Assembly: GCA_937928385.1 (NCBI GenBank)
Contig: CALEZD010000079.1
Coordinates: 296-64,295 of the forward strand
Source of the DNA: an uncultured Bacteroidota bacterium
GTDB lineage: Bacteria > Bacteroidota > Bacteroidia > Chitinophagales > Chitinophagaceae
DNA: 64,000 nt
Direction of reading: 5' to 3'
Below the pieces are notes generated by a model. That model did not search any database and had not been told where the DNA came from. It was given only the letters and a program-made list of their open reading frames with translations. The number at the start of each line of letters is the position of its first letter. Positions within the stretch are counted from its first letter, which is position 1. Of the stretch, positions 56,856-64,000 are shown in pieces. The translations under genes and the position numbers were made by a program.

Positions 56856-57212
56856 ATGAAAAAAATTATTATGGCAGCATCTTTGCTTGCCTTAATACTT
56901 AGCACCAATGTTACTTATGCTAAGGAAATACGATATCAATCCAAGACGTCATATACTAATAGGAATTTTGAAACTGTTGAGGCAACTGACGATAAACCAC
57001 CAGGTGCCAGATGCCCGGATGTGCCAGGCACTTGCTCAATAACTGTTATTATCTACGATGACTTTACCGGCGATATTGAGATGGAAGCAATGGTTATACC
57101 ATTTAATGACCCTAATCCAAATCCAACTCAAGAATCAACTGATGCTATCCTTAACGATATTTGTATGATCGTTGAAAGCAATGGTGTCATTTATAATGAC
57201 TATCAACCTTAA
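56856..57212 (+). CDS. Small secreted protein (hypothetical)
   Basis: 118-aa ORF with signal peptide MAASLLALILSTNVTYA. It is AT-rich with a Pro/Asn-rich patch NDPNPNPTQ. I recognised no family. Confidence 0.55.
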   Translation: MKKIIMAASLLALILSTNVTYAKEIRYQSKTSYTNRNFETVEATDDKPPGARCPDVPGTCSITVIIYDDFTGDIEMEAMVIPFNDPNPNPTQESTDAILNDICMIVESNGVIYNDYQP

Positions 57213-57257
57213 TAAATACATCTATAATGTGCGTTAATGGCATATAGTTAAAATGAT

Positions 57258-57287
57258 CAGGCTGCCTTGATATTCTAAGGCAGCCTG
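57258..57287 (+). terminator. Intercistronic hairpin (attenuator/terminator)
   Basis: CAGGCTGCCTT (57258-57268) and AAGGCAGCCTG (57277-57287) form a perfect 11-bp stem with an 8-nt loop, between the 118-aa and 477-aa genes. Confidence 0.55.
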
Positions 57288-57309
57288 TATCGTTAATAGT
57301 TATAATAAA

Positions 57310-58743
57310 ATGAAAGTAGTTACATTATTTTTTGTCGCAATCCTAATTTTTACTAATCAAAGTCTGGCACAATGCTTCGTACTAAAAGCAAATATGCGTG
57401 ATTGTGCATTATGCGTTGTGGGTATCTCTAGTTTCAATCCTGTAAAAACAGGGTTACCCGCTTTTGCGATTTTCAATGAATCAAACAGAGAAGATAGTGC
57501 TGATATTGAATATGCCGGTAAGTTTTCTGAACGCGGTATAAAACTTCTGTTCAACGATAACTGGAATGATAAATTAAATTGCGACAACAGCTTGTCATGT
57601 GTTTTTGGGCTAAATAAAGAGGGTAAAGCAGTTTACAAATCATCACTAAAATCAATAGACTCTGCACAGCTTAGCACTTTCCTGTCAAACAATGCGGCAG
57701 AAAAAAGTGCACATAGTAAGCAGAGAGATTCGTTTTTATATACAAACAATGATTTTGGCACAATCAAGATCCTTAATGCCGTAGATAAGCAGTTGATAAA
57801 TACCATAAGTTTCGCCGATTTCGACCTTCAATTGCTGGCCAACAAAATGCATGGGGTAGAAAAGCAAAGGTTTGAAAAATATGGTACCATAATTAACAAA
57901 AGAACTAGTGCCCTCTTGGGGAAATTTCAGAACTTCAGAGTTGACAATATGGGGAACTTATACGTAAAGATATTATTTCATAATACCATGGATAGCCTTA
58001 CCGCTAATATTACAGATGAGCACGCTATTGCCCATTACGATGCCAGGGGTAATTACAAAGATGTTTACCTAATAGAAGTACCCGAAACTGTTTCTTTTCA
58101 TGACTATGATTTTTTACAGGCTAATGAAGATACGCTGTATGCGCTGACTTACGACCGTACTAAGCATAGAGAGCCTGAAAAGCCAATGAGCGAAATCAAT
58201 TTTATTGGCCGCTATGTGAAAAATAGCGGAAATTACCGGTTCTCCGGTTTTGTGCAGTTTAAAATGCCGTATATATATCAATTGAAATTTGGGTATTCTT
58301 ATTTAGGTTCCGGAATTTCCACATATCCATTATTTGTCTCTAAATTCTCTAATTCAGTTTATAACATAGAAACAAATAAATCGGTATTGATTATTGATAG
58401 TGCACAATACATTGCAGGTATAGATACATCATCCTTTAACCCTGAAAAATCTATTGAAACACATGAAAAACTCGATGTACGTGGTATAAAGCCAGTGTAT
58501 GATAAGTCTGATTTATATGCTATGCCTTATTTATACGACGGCAGACTTTATATTAATTATTACACAGCCAACCTGGAAAAAAAACATACCTATCATTGGG
58601 GAGAGGCTACTATAGGGGGCAAACCAATTGTTTCTGCGGCTATAAAAGATGGACAGGATGTCTTTTCTGTAATTTATGCTGATAAACATAAAACATGGAA
58701 ATCCGTCGCAATCCCGATGAGTCTTTTCTATCCCGGGACATAA
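57310..58743 (+). CDS. Secreted protein with N-terminal CxxC, possibly beta-propeller-like (hypothetical)
   Basis: 477-aa ORF with signal peptide FFVAILIFTNQSLAQ and an early CALC motif. It is beta-rich and Asn/Tyr-rich (e.g. VDNMGNLYVKILF), reminiscent of Bacteroidota 6-bladed propeller lipoprotein families. That assignment is not secure. Confidence 0.55.
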   Translation: MKVVTLFFVAILIFTNQSLAQCFVLKANMRDCALCVVGISSFNPVKTGLPAFAIFNESNREDSADIEYAGKFSERGIKLLFNDNWNDKLNCDNSLSCVFGLNKEGKAVYKSSLKSIDSAQLSTFLSNNAAEKSAHSKQRDSFLYTNNDFGTIKILNAVDKQLINTISFADFDLQLLANKMHGVEKQRFEKYGTIINKRTSALLGKFQNFRVDNMGNLYVKILFHNTMDSLTANITDEHAIAHYDARGNYKDVYLIEVPETVSFHDYDFLQANEDTLYALTYDRTKHREPEKPMSEINFIGRYVKNSGNYRFSGFVQFKMPYIYQLKFGYSYLGSGISTYPLFVSKFSNSVYNIETNKSVLIIDSAQYIAGIDTSSFNPEKSIETHEKLDVRGIKPVYDKSDLYAMPYLYDGRLYINYYTANLEKKHTYHWGEATIGGKPIVSAAIKDGQDVFSVIYADKHKTWKSVAIPMSLFYPGT

Positions 58744-58754
58744 TAAGACCTTTT

Positions 58755-58799
58755 CTGGCGCCGGTCTTCCAATGGGTGACCTGTGTCAGATCAAGTCAT
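58755..58799 (+). repeat. 45-nt REP-like element, copy B
   Basis: CTGGCGCCGGTCTTCCAATGGGTGACCTGTGTCAGATCAAGTCAT is in the same orientation as copy A and matches it at 41 of 45 positions by eye. Confidence 0.85.
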
Positions 58800-59010
58800 C
58801 TGCACCGAAGCCCAGCCTCTTTCTCCCGTCACTACGAGGCACGAAGCAGTCTCGCCAAATGAGGAGTGGGTTCGGTGTTACGCGAGATTATCTCGTTCAT
58901 TATATCTTGTCATTTGCCTCAATGATTGCTTCGCAGTTGCTTCCGCCATAACGCAACGGGCGTTACTATGTCGCAATGACCCCGCCTTGACGGACGGGGC
59001 AGGCAGCTAG
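58800..59010. repeat. Cluster of short GC-rich imperfect palindromes (REP/BIME-like intergenic filler)
   Basis: It contains GTCACTACGAGGCACGAAGCAGTCTCGC, CGAGATTATCTCG, GATTGCTTCGC...GTCGCAATGAC and CCCCGCC-ttgacg-GACGGGG (58980-58999). These motifs resemble the widespread Bacteroidota ...CGCAATGAC / GATTGCTTCG... intergenic repeats. Confidence 0.5.
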
Positions 59011-59032
59011 TAGGAAATGCCTACTCTATATA

Positions 59033-60175
59033 TCAAGGCCTGTAGCTACTGGGGATATTCACCACACGGTCTTCCAGCCATTCTGAATTACTCAAATCGC
59101 TGCACTGGCAGTGGCTGAACATGGGGAGTTTATTCATCAGCCGCCATATAGGGCGTGTCATTACGCCGCTGTTGTTGGTTGCTTCAAGGAAGGCGTTTCT
59201 TTCCTCAAGGTTATTCAATACTACACAGTTGAGCCAGTAGTTGGCAATGCTGCCGGGTTGCTCAGTAACAAACCCGATATCCGTATTTGAAAAGTATTGA
59301 CGGTATGATTCTGCAAGGTTGCGTTTATTGGCCAATATATTTTCCAGTTGTTCCAGTTGCGCGCAGGCCAGTGCTGCATTCAGGTTAGGCATCCGGAAGT
59401 TGTAGCCTATTTCATCATGCACAAACTCCCAGGGGTGGGGCACCTTTGCGGTGGTAGATATATGTTTGGCGTGTTTGGCCAGCGCTTCATCATTAGTAAC
59501 AATAGCTCCGCCACCGCCGCAGGTAACTGTTTTATTACCGTTAAAACTGAACGTGCCTAATTTACCGAAGGTGCCGGTATGTATGCCTTGGTAATAGCTA
59601 CCCAGCGATTCTGCTGCATCTTCTACCAGTACTATATGCCAGCGTTCGCATATTGTCACCAGTTCATCAATACGGGCAGGAAAACCGAATGTATGCATGG
59701 GTATGCAGGCGGCTATTTTTCTGCCGGTTGTTTTGTTGTAAGCCGCACCGTCTTTTACTACCGCATGTTCCTGCAGAAATTGTTCCAGCGCATCGGGCGA
59801 CATGCCCATGGTATCCCTGTCCACATCAATAAATACAGGTATAGCGTTGCTGTGTACTATAGCATTGGCAGTGGCCACAAAAGTGAGCGGCTGTGTTATT
59901 ACTTCATCTCCGGCCTTTACGCCCGCTACCACCAGCGATAGTTGTAAAGCAACAGTGCCATTGGTAGTGGCTACCGCATATTTGGCGCCGGTTATTTCGG
60001 CCATCATTTCTTCAAAACGATTGACATAAGCCCCAACTGAAGACACAAAAGTGGAATCAATAGTATCTGCCAGGTACTTTTTTTCGTTACCGCCAAAGTA
60101 TGGGGCATGCAACGGTACAAAGCCTTCAGGGGCATTGAATACCTCCCTGATGTATTGAATAACGGGACTAAACAT
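59033..60175 (-). CDS. LegC-family PLP aminotransferase (DegT superfamily)
   Basis: 380-aa ORF with N-terminal PLHAPYFGGNEKKYLADTIDSTFVSSVGAYVNRFEE ... GAKYAVATTNGTVALQLSL and the Lys region FSFNGNKTVTCGGGGAI. Confidence 0.85.
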   Translation of the reverse strand: MFSPVIQYIREVFNAPEGFVPLHAPYFGGNEKKYLADTIDSTFVSSVGAYVNRFEEMMAEITGAKYAVATTNGTVALQLSLVVAGVKAGDEVITQPLTFVATANAIVHSNAIPVFIDVDRDTMGMSPDALEQFLQEHAVVKDGAAYNKTTGRKIAACIPMHTFGFPARIDELVTICERWHIVLVEDAAESLGSYYQGIHTGTFGKLGTFSFNGNKTVTCGGGGAIVTNDEALAKHAKHISTTAKVPHPWEFVHDEIGYNFRMPNLNAALACAQLEQLENILANKRNLAESYRQYFSNTDIGFVTEQPGSIANYWLNCVVLNNLEERNAFLEATNNSGVMTRPIWRLMNKLPMFSHCQCSDLSNSEWLEDRVVNIPSSYRP

Positions 60176-61145
60176 TTTTATACTTGCTGTCGTCAGGGTT
60201 CAGAATAAAGCCGGCGTCCAGCACTTCCTTTATTTGCCTGATGCCATCAGGAACTGTGAACATCAGTTCAAAGCCCAGTTTTTCCTTGATTTTTGAAAAA
60301 TTAACCCTGTAATCGCGTGGGTCTTCATTTTTAGATACATACTTCACTTTAGCACCGGGTATCTGTTTTATGATTTCATCCACTATCATTTGCTTCTGAT
60401 AGTTTTCTGCTGTATCACCTACATTAAATACATCAAAGGCTACCTTTTCTTCGGGCGACTCGATTACTTTTACTACCGAACGGGCCAGGTCGTACACATG
60501 GCAATACGGCCTCCAGAATTGCTCGCCAAATACCACCAGTTCCCTGCCCAGTGCCAGCTCTTTGGTAAACTCATTCACCGTCAGGTCGAACCTTGGCCGT
60601 AATGATAAACCGTATACCGTGGAGAAACGCAGGCAGGTAGGTTTGCAGGTGTTGGTTTTTGGTTGCGATAATAAATATTGTTCGGTGGCTACTTTTGTTT
60701 CAGCATACAAGGATACGGGTGCCAGTGCAGAATCTTCGTGTACAAAAGCTTCCGGGTCGTCCATCTTACCATAGTTGCTACAGGTAGAGGCGAATATGAA
60801 TTTCTTCACGCCCTTTTCATTAGCTACATCGTACAGCAGTTTGCTACCTTCCAGATTGGTGCTTTTTGATAATTCAGGGTCCTGGGCACATGCCGGGTCG
60901 CCCACTATGGCTGCCAGGTGCGCCACACAGTCCATGCCTGCTACCGCCTTTTCTACATCAGCCCTATTGCGGACATCCCCTTTTATAAATTCAAAATTCG
61001 GGTAGTTAAACATATCGATGATGGGTTCTCCTCCATACATCAAGCTGTCCATTACACGTACATGGTATCCCTTCTCTAATAACTGCCGGGTTAATACAGA
61101 ACCTATATAACCTGCACCTCCGGTAACTAAAACTTTTTCAGACAT
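60168..61145 (-). CDS. NAD-dependent NDP-sugar 4,6-dehydratase/epimerase (LegB-like extended SDR)
   Basis: 325-aa ORF with VLVTGGAGYIGSVLTRQLLEKGY, the catalytic YAETK, and RFSTVYGLSLRPRFDLTVNEF. It overlaps the aminotransferase gene by 8 nt. Confidence 0.85.
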   Translation of the reverse strand: MSEKVLVTGGAGYIGSVLTRQLLEKGYHVRVMDSLMYGGEPIIDMFNYPNFEFIKGDVRNRADVEKAVAGMDCVAHLAAIVGDPACAQDPELSKSTNLEGSKLLYDVANEKGVKKFIFASTCSNYGKMDDPEAFVHEDSALAPVSLYAETKVATEQYLLSQPKTNTCKPTCLRFSTVYGLSLRPRFDLTVNEFTKELALGRELVVFGEQFWRPYCHVYDLARSVVKVIESPEEKVAFDVFNVGDTAENYQKQMIVDEIIKQIPGAKVKYVSKNEDPRDYRVNFSKIKEKLGFELMFTVPDGIRQIKEVLDAGFILNPDDSKYKNV

Positions 61146-61253
61146 AAATATTATTTCACGTGTTGATAAGCGCGTAAATATATATCATAAAGTTTAGGCT
61201 TAGCCTATGGACTAAGGCTATTGACTATCAATAACTTCCGCTTAACGGTTAGA

Positions 61254-62039
61254 TTAAAATTGAATTAAAGGGTTCCTCAGGGGTTTGCTTTGCAACAGGG
61301 CCATTATATCCTCTTTCCGGGTGATGTTTTGCACCACTTCCGTATGCCTCAGGTTATGCATATCCGTTCCCACATAATCATACATCCCCATCGCAAACAG
61401 TTTTTCGGCCACCTGTTTCACCGGTTTGCCGTAATAACCCATGAGTGAATTGATATTCATTTGCAGATAACAGCCCCTGTTTTTCAATTCTTCGTACTTG
61501 TCCAGGTCATGGTGATAGTACATATACCTTTCAGGATGCGCCATGATAGGTTGGTACCCTCTTGAGGTAAGCCTGAATATAATTTCACCAAGTTGTATAG
61601 GCTCAAACATGAATGATATTTCCACCAGTACCTCGTTCTTCCATACGGTAAGCAGTTGTTCCGTATCCAGCAGTTGCAGGAAGTAATCATCTATATAATA
61701 TTCTGCCGCCGCGTGTATGGGCATATCTATGCCACGTTCGGTAAGCGCGCTTTTTACTTCGGCAAGTTGATTAAGTATGATTGCGGGTGTATTAGGGTAA
61801 TTATCTACTTTGATATGCGGGGTGGTTACTATGCGTTTATACCCCAGTTGCTTCATCTGTGTGATTAGTTCTATGCTTTCTTCCATGGTCTGTGCACCAT
61901 CGTCTATGCCGGGCAAAAAATGAGAGTGCATATCGGCTCCCAGGAAAGACATGTCGTGTACAAGCGGCTGTCCGTTATAAGCCACTTCAATTTTTTCCTT
62001 TTTTTTCGAGCCAAACAATCTTGAAAACATATAAAGCAA
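61254..62039 (-). CDS. cpsB: PHP-family protein-tyrosine phosphatase (CpsB/CapC/YwqE type)
   Basis: 261-aa ORF with metal-binding motifs DMHSHFLPGIDDGA, TPH and AHPERY. The start may be Met4 (62030). Confidence 0.8.
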   Translation of the reverse strand: MLYMFSRLFGSKKKEKIEVAYNGQPLVHDMSFLGADMHSHFLPGIDDGAQTMEESIELITQMKQLGYKRIVTTPHIKVDNYPNTPAIILNQLAEVKSALTERGIDMPIHAAAEYYIDDYFLQLLDTEQLLTVWKNEVLVEISFMFEPIQLGEIIFRLTSRGYQPIMAHPERYMYYHHDLDKYEELKNRGCYLQMNINSLMGYYGKPVKQVAEKLFAMGMYDYVGTDMHNLRHTEVVQNITRKEDIMALLQSKPLRNPLIQF

Positions 62040-62144
62040 TGCAGTTTTTGCCGGTATAAAAGTACATTATAGCTATAACAAAAGCGATGGGGCAGACCAG
62101 ATTACCATAATCTTCACAATTGTATATCTTACCATATATTACAT

Positions 62145-63641
62145 TTGCACTTTATGGGCATCGTATTTCGCCAGTCGGTAAAAACTACTATTGTCACATT
62201 TACGGGGGCAGGCCTTGGCGCGATTATAGTGCTGGTAAGCCCTATGCTGATGGAAAAGGCAGAGGTTGGTTTCGTCAGCACTTTAACTTACCTGGCCGCC
62301 ACTGTTCAGCTATTGGTCATGATGGGTACTTCGGCCCTGGTGGCTGTTTACACACAGCGTTACGGGCATTTTGACGAGCGCCGCAAAGCCTTGCTTACCA
62401 TCGGCATGTTGGTTACTGTTATCAGCAGCCTCATATTCAGTATCGCTTTCTTTGCGTTGAGGGTCCCCATTATAGGCTTGTACAATGCATCTGACCAGGC
62501 ATTGATAAGCAAGTACTATCATTTTATTCCCTTTGTTGTACTCTTCATGGCATTGGGTAATATTATAGAGCATTACCTGGTAGCAAATATGAAGGTAGCG
62601 CAGTCTGCTTTTGCCAAAGAGATCGTTCTCAGGTTGGTCAACTTATCGCTGCTGGGGCTTATTTATGCAGGGTATATCGGTTTCGGGCAATATATAGTCG
62701 GGAATGTATTCATGTATATGGTCCCCCTGCTGCTGTTCTTCATTTTTGCATCTAGGGTAAAAGGTTTTGGCTTTACACGAAACCTGAAGGTATTCAGCCT
62801 TGCAGAATATAAAGACATGCTGCATTTCTCCTGGTATCACCTGCTGGTAGGTTCTACACTTACCTTGCTGGGGTATATTGATACACTGATGATAGCTCCG
62901 CTGGATAATAACGGGCTGGAAGCAACTGCCATATATGCTATAGCTGTTTTTATCACATCTTTTATGTTCATGCCATACAGGTCAATGGCTACAGCTTCAT
63001 CCCCTATACTCAACCAGGCATATATTGATAAGGATATGCACAAAGTGCGCGACCTGTTTGCCCGTGCCGGGGTCAATATTTTTATTGCCGGAACGGGCAT
63101 GTTTGTGCTTATCGGGGTCAACCTGGATAACCTGGTTGCCGTGTTGCCACCGGGTTACGAACCTGTAAAGTATATCGTTTTAATACTTATGATCGGCAAG
63201 CTGGCTGATATGGCTACAGGCTTAAACAATGAACTTATCAGCATATCCCGGCACTATAAATTCAATTTCAGGCTGTCCGCTTTACTCTTGCTGATGGTTG
63301 TTGTACTCGATTGGGTATTCATACCTGTTTATGGTATTTATGGTGCTGCATGGGTGGCCAGTTGCACACTCGTTTTTTTTAATATAGTGAAGATGATTTT
63401 CCTGTATAATAAGCTGAAATTGAAGCCATTTACAGGCAAAACATGGTTGGTTCCTGTTGCCGGGCTATGCGCAGGACTGGCGGGGTATTTCTGGCCTTAC
63501 CTTATTAACCCCTATATAGATGCAGTAACCCGTACGTTTGTCGTAATGATTGCATACGTATCTGCATTGCTGTTGCTCAAACCGTCGGCGGACCTGAATA
63601 GCTACCTGGCCACGATAAGAAAGGACAAAAAACTGTTTTAA
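62145..63641 (+). CDS. MOP-superfamily polysaccharide flippase (third Wzx-like gene)
   Basis: 498-aa polytopic ORF with the Polysacc_synt layout, divergent from cpsB. Confidence 0.8.
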   Translation: MHFMGIVFRQSVKTTIVTFTGAGLGAIIVLVSPMLMEKAEVGFVSTLTYLAATVQLLVMMGTSALVAVYTQRYGHFDERRKALLTIGMLVTVISSLIFSIAFFALRVPIIGLYNASDQALISKYYHFIPFVVLFMALGNIIEHYLVANMKVAQSAFAKEIVLRLVNLSLLGLIYAGYIGFGQYIVGNVFMYMVPLLLFFIFASRVKGFGFTRNLKVFSLAEYKDMLHFSWYHLLVGSTLTLLGYIDTLMIAPLDNNGLEATAIYAIAVFITSFMFMPYRSMATASSPILNQAYIDKDMHKVRDLFARAGVNIFIAGTGMFVLIGVNLDNLVAVLPPGYEPVKYIVLILMIGKLADMATGLNNELISISRHYKFNFRLSALLLLMVVVLDWVFIPVYGIYGAAWVASCTLVFFNIVKMIFLYNKLKLKPFTGKTWLVPVAGLCAGLAGYFWPYLINPYIDAVTRTFVVMIAYVSALLLLKPSADLNSYLATIRKDKKLF

Positions 63642-63899
63642 TACGGTTTCAAACACCCGTTTTACCCGTCCGTCATATATATTTTGGCTCGAGGTATATT
63701 TTCAATAATTTGCATGTATTATCGTTATTAATGCTGAAAGCCTTACGGGCCAACATTCAGCGATATAAAAATTAATTAACGGTTGCATAATTGTCACAGG
63801 ATTGAAATTTATTATGCAACTGTAGTGAGGTAAATGGCAGACAGGGATACTTATTTTATATTTATAGACTGTTTGGCCGTATGATTTAAGAGGTAACAA

Positions 63900-64000
63900 A
63901 TGAACAGACAATTACGATACGCAAAATCAACTATACTGCGCCATATCCTTTTTATTATTGGTTTCGTGCTGATATTGCCCTACAGTAGTAAGGCTACACA
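63900..64000 (+). CDS. 5' fragment of a secreted/membrane protein gene (runs off the window)
   Basis: The ATG at 63900 opens MNRQLRYAKSTILRHILFIIGFVLILPYSSKAT..., a signal-peptide-like sequence. The frame is open to the window end. Confidence 0.3.
   Translation, partial: MNRQLRYAKSTILRHILFIIGFVLILPYSSKAT

Larger units (their letters stand above)
54413..59032. mobile_element. Mosaic inserted island (repeats + TerS-like gene + RayT/REP module + AT-rich cargo)
   Basis: This is the only stretch in 19-62 kb carrying plus-strand genes inside otherwise co-directional sugar genes. Composition swings abruptly: my single 60-nt spot counts gave 37/60 G+C at 55441-55500 and 18/60 at 57841-57900. It carries a transposase and repeated elements. 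Confidence 0.5.

Noticed and set aside
58783-59010. 75-aa plus-strand ORF (GTG start) after the 477-aa gene
   Set aside because: It is encoded entirely by the REP-like copy and the palindrome cluster. Such repeats commonly create spurious ORFs.
1-64000. Scan for CRISPR arrays, tRNA/rRNA genes, integrase or recombinase genes, and toxin-antitoxin or known defence-system genes
   Set aside because: I saw no regularly spaced direct-repeat array and no cloverleaf-like or rRNA-like segment in the intergenic regions I read. No ORF has integrase, restriction, Cas or TA signatures. A tRNAscan/Infernal run would be needed to exclude small RNAs formally.

Overview
This 64-kb window looks like a Bacteroidota chromosome segment, possibly Chitinophagaceae or Sphingobacteriia-like. 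The assignment rests on the UpxY-type antiterminator, a CCC-motif membrane protein, TAnnTTTG-like promoter boxes and lipoprotein-rich ORFs; the genus cannot be determined. (1) 1-14.5 kb holds housekeeping and envelope genes: TPR proteins, two substrate-binding lipoproteins, clpC, a STAS protein, RNase Z, an FkbM methyltransferase, an Nfu/NifU protein and YihY/BrkB. (2) 14.5-19.1 kb holds a divergent flippase/GT4 pair and a translationally coupled Hpt-DUF2752-CCC-motif-lipoprotein operon. (3) 19.4-54.4 kb is a very large Wzx/Wzy-type polysaccharide locus. It has a plus-strand CapD/WbpM/PglF-like dehydratase converging on 28 back-to-back minus-strand genes. From the promoter-proximal end these are a CBS-nucleotidyltransferase, a wHTH regulator, UpxY, Wza, Wzc, UDP-HexNAc dehydrogenase, WbpD-like acetyltransferase, Wzx and 8 glycosyltransferases. 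They continue with Wzy, a five-gene tailoring block (AsnB-like, MBOAT, DltD/AlgJ-like, carbamoyltransferase, ceramidase-like hydrolase), CapK-like ligase, WecB, methyltransferase, WbpB-like oxidoreductase, DegT aminotransferase and the priming sugar transferase. (4) 54.4-59.0 kb is a compositionally mosaic island. It carries a 137-bp tandem duplication with 10-bp-phased TTTGTATC iterons, an orphan terminase-small-subunit-like gene, and a RayT (IS200-like Y1) transposase flanked by inverted REP-like hairpins. It also carries an AT-rich pair of secreted-protein genes and a cluster of GC-rich palindromes. (5) 59.0-64 kb holds LegC-like aminotransferase, LegB-like dehydratase, a PHP-type CpsB tyrosine phosphatase and a third MOP flippase. 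These appear to be the upstream continuation of the polysaccharide locus, severed by the island. I recognised no rRNA, tRNA or CRISPR array. All functional calls come from motif and architecture recognition in the supplied translations, not from database searches.
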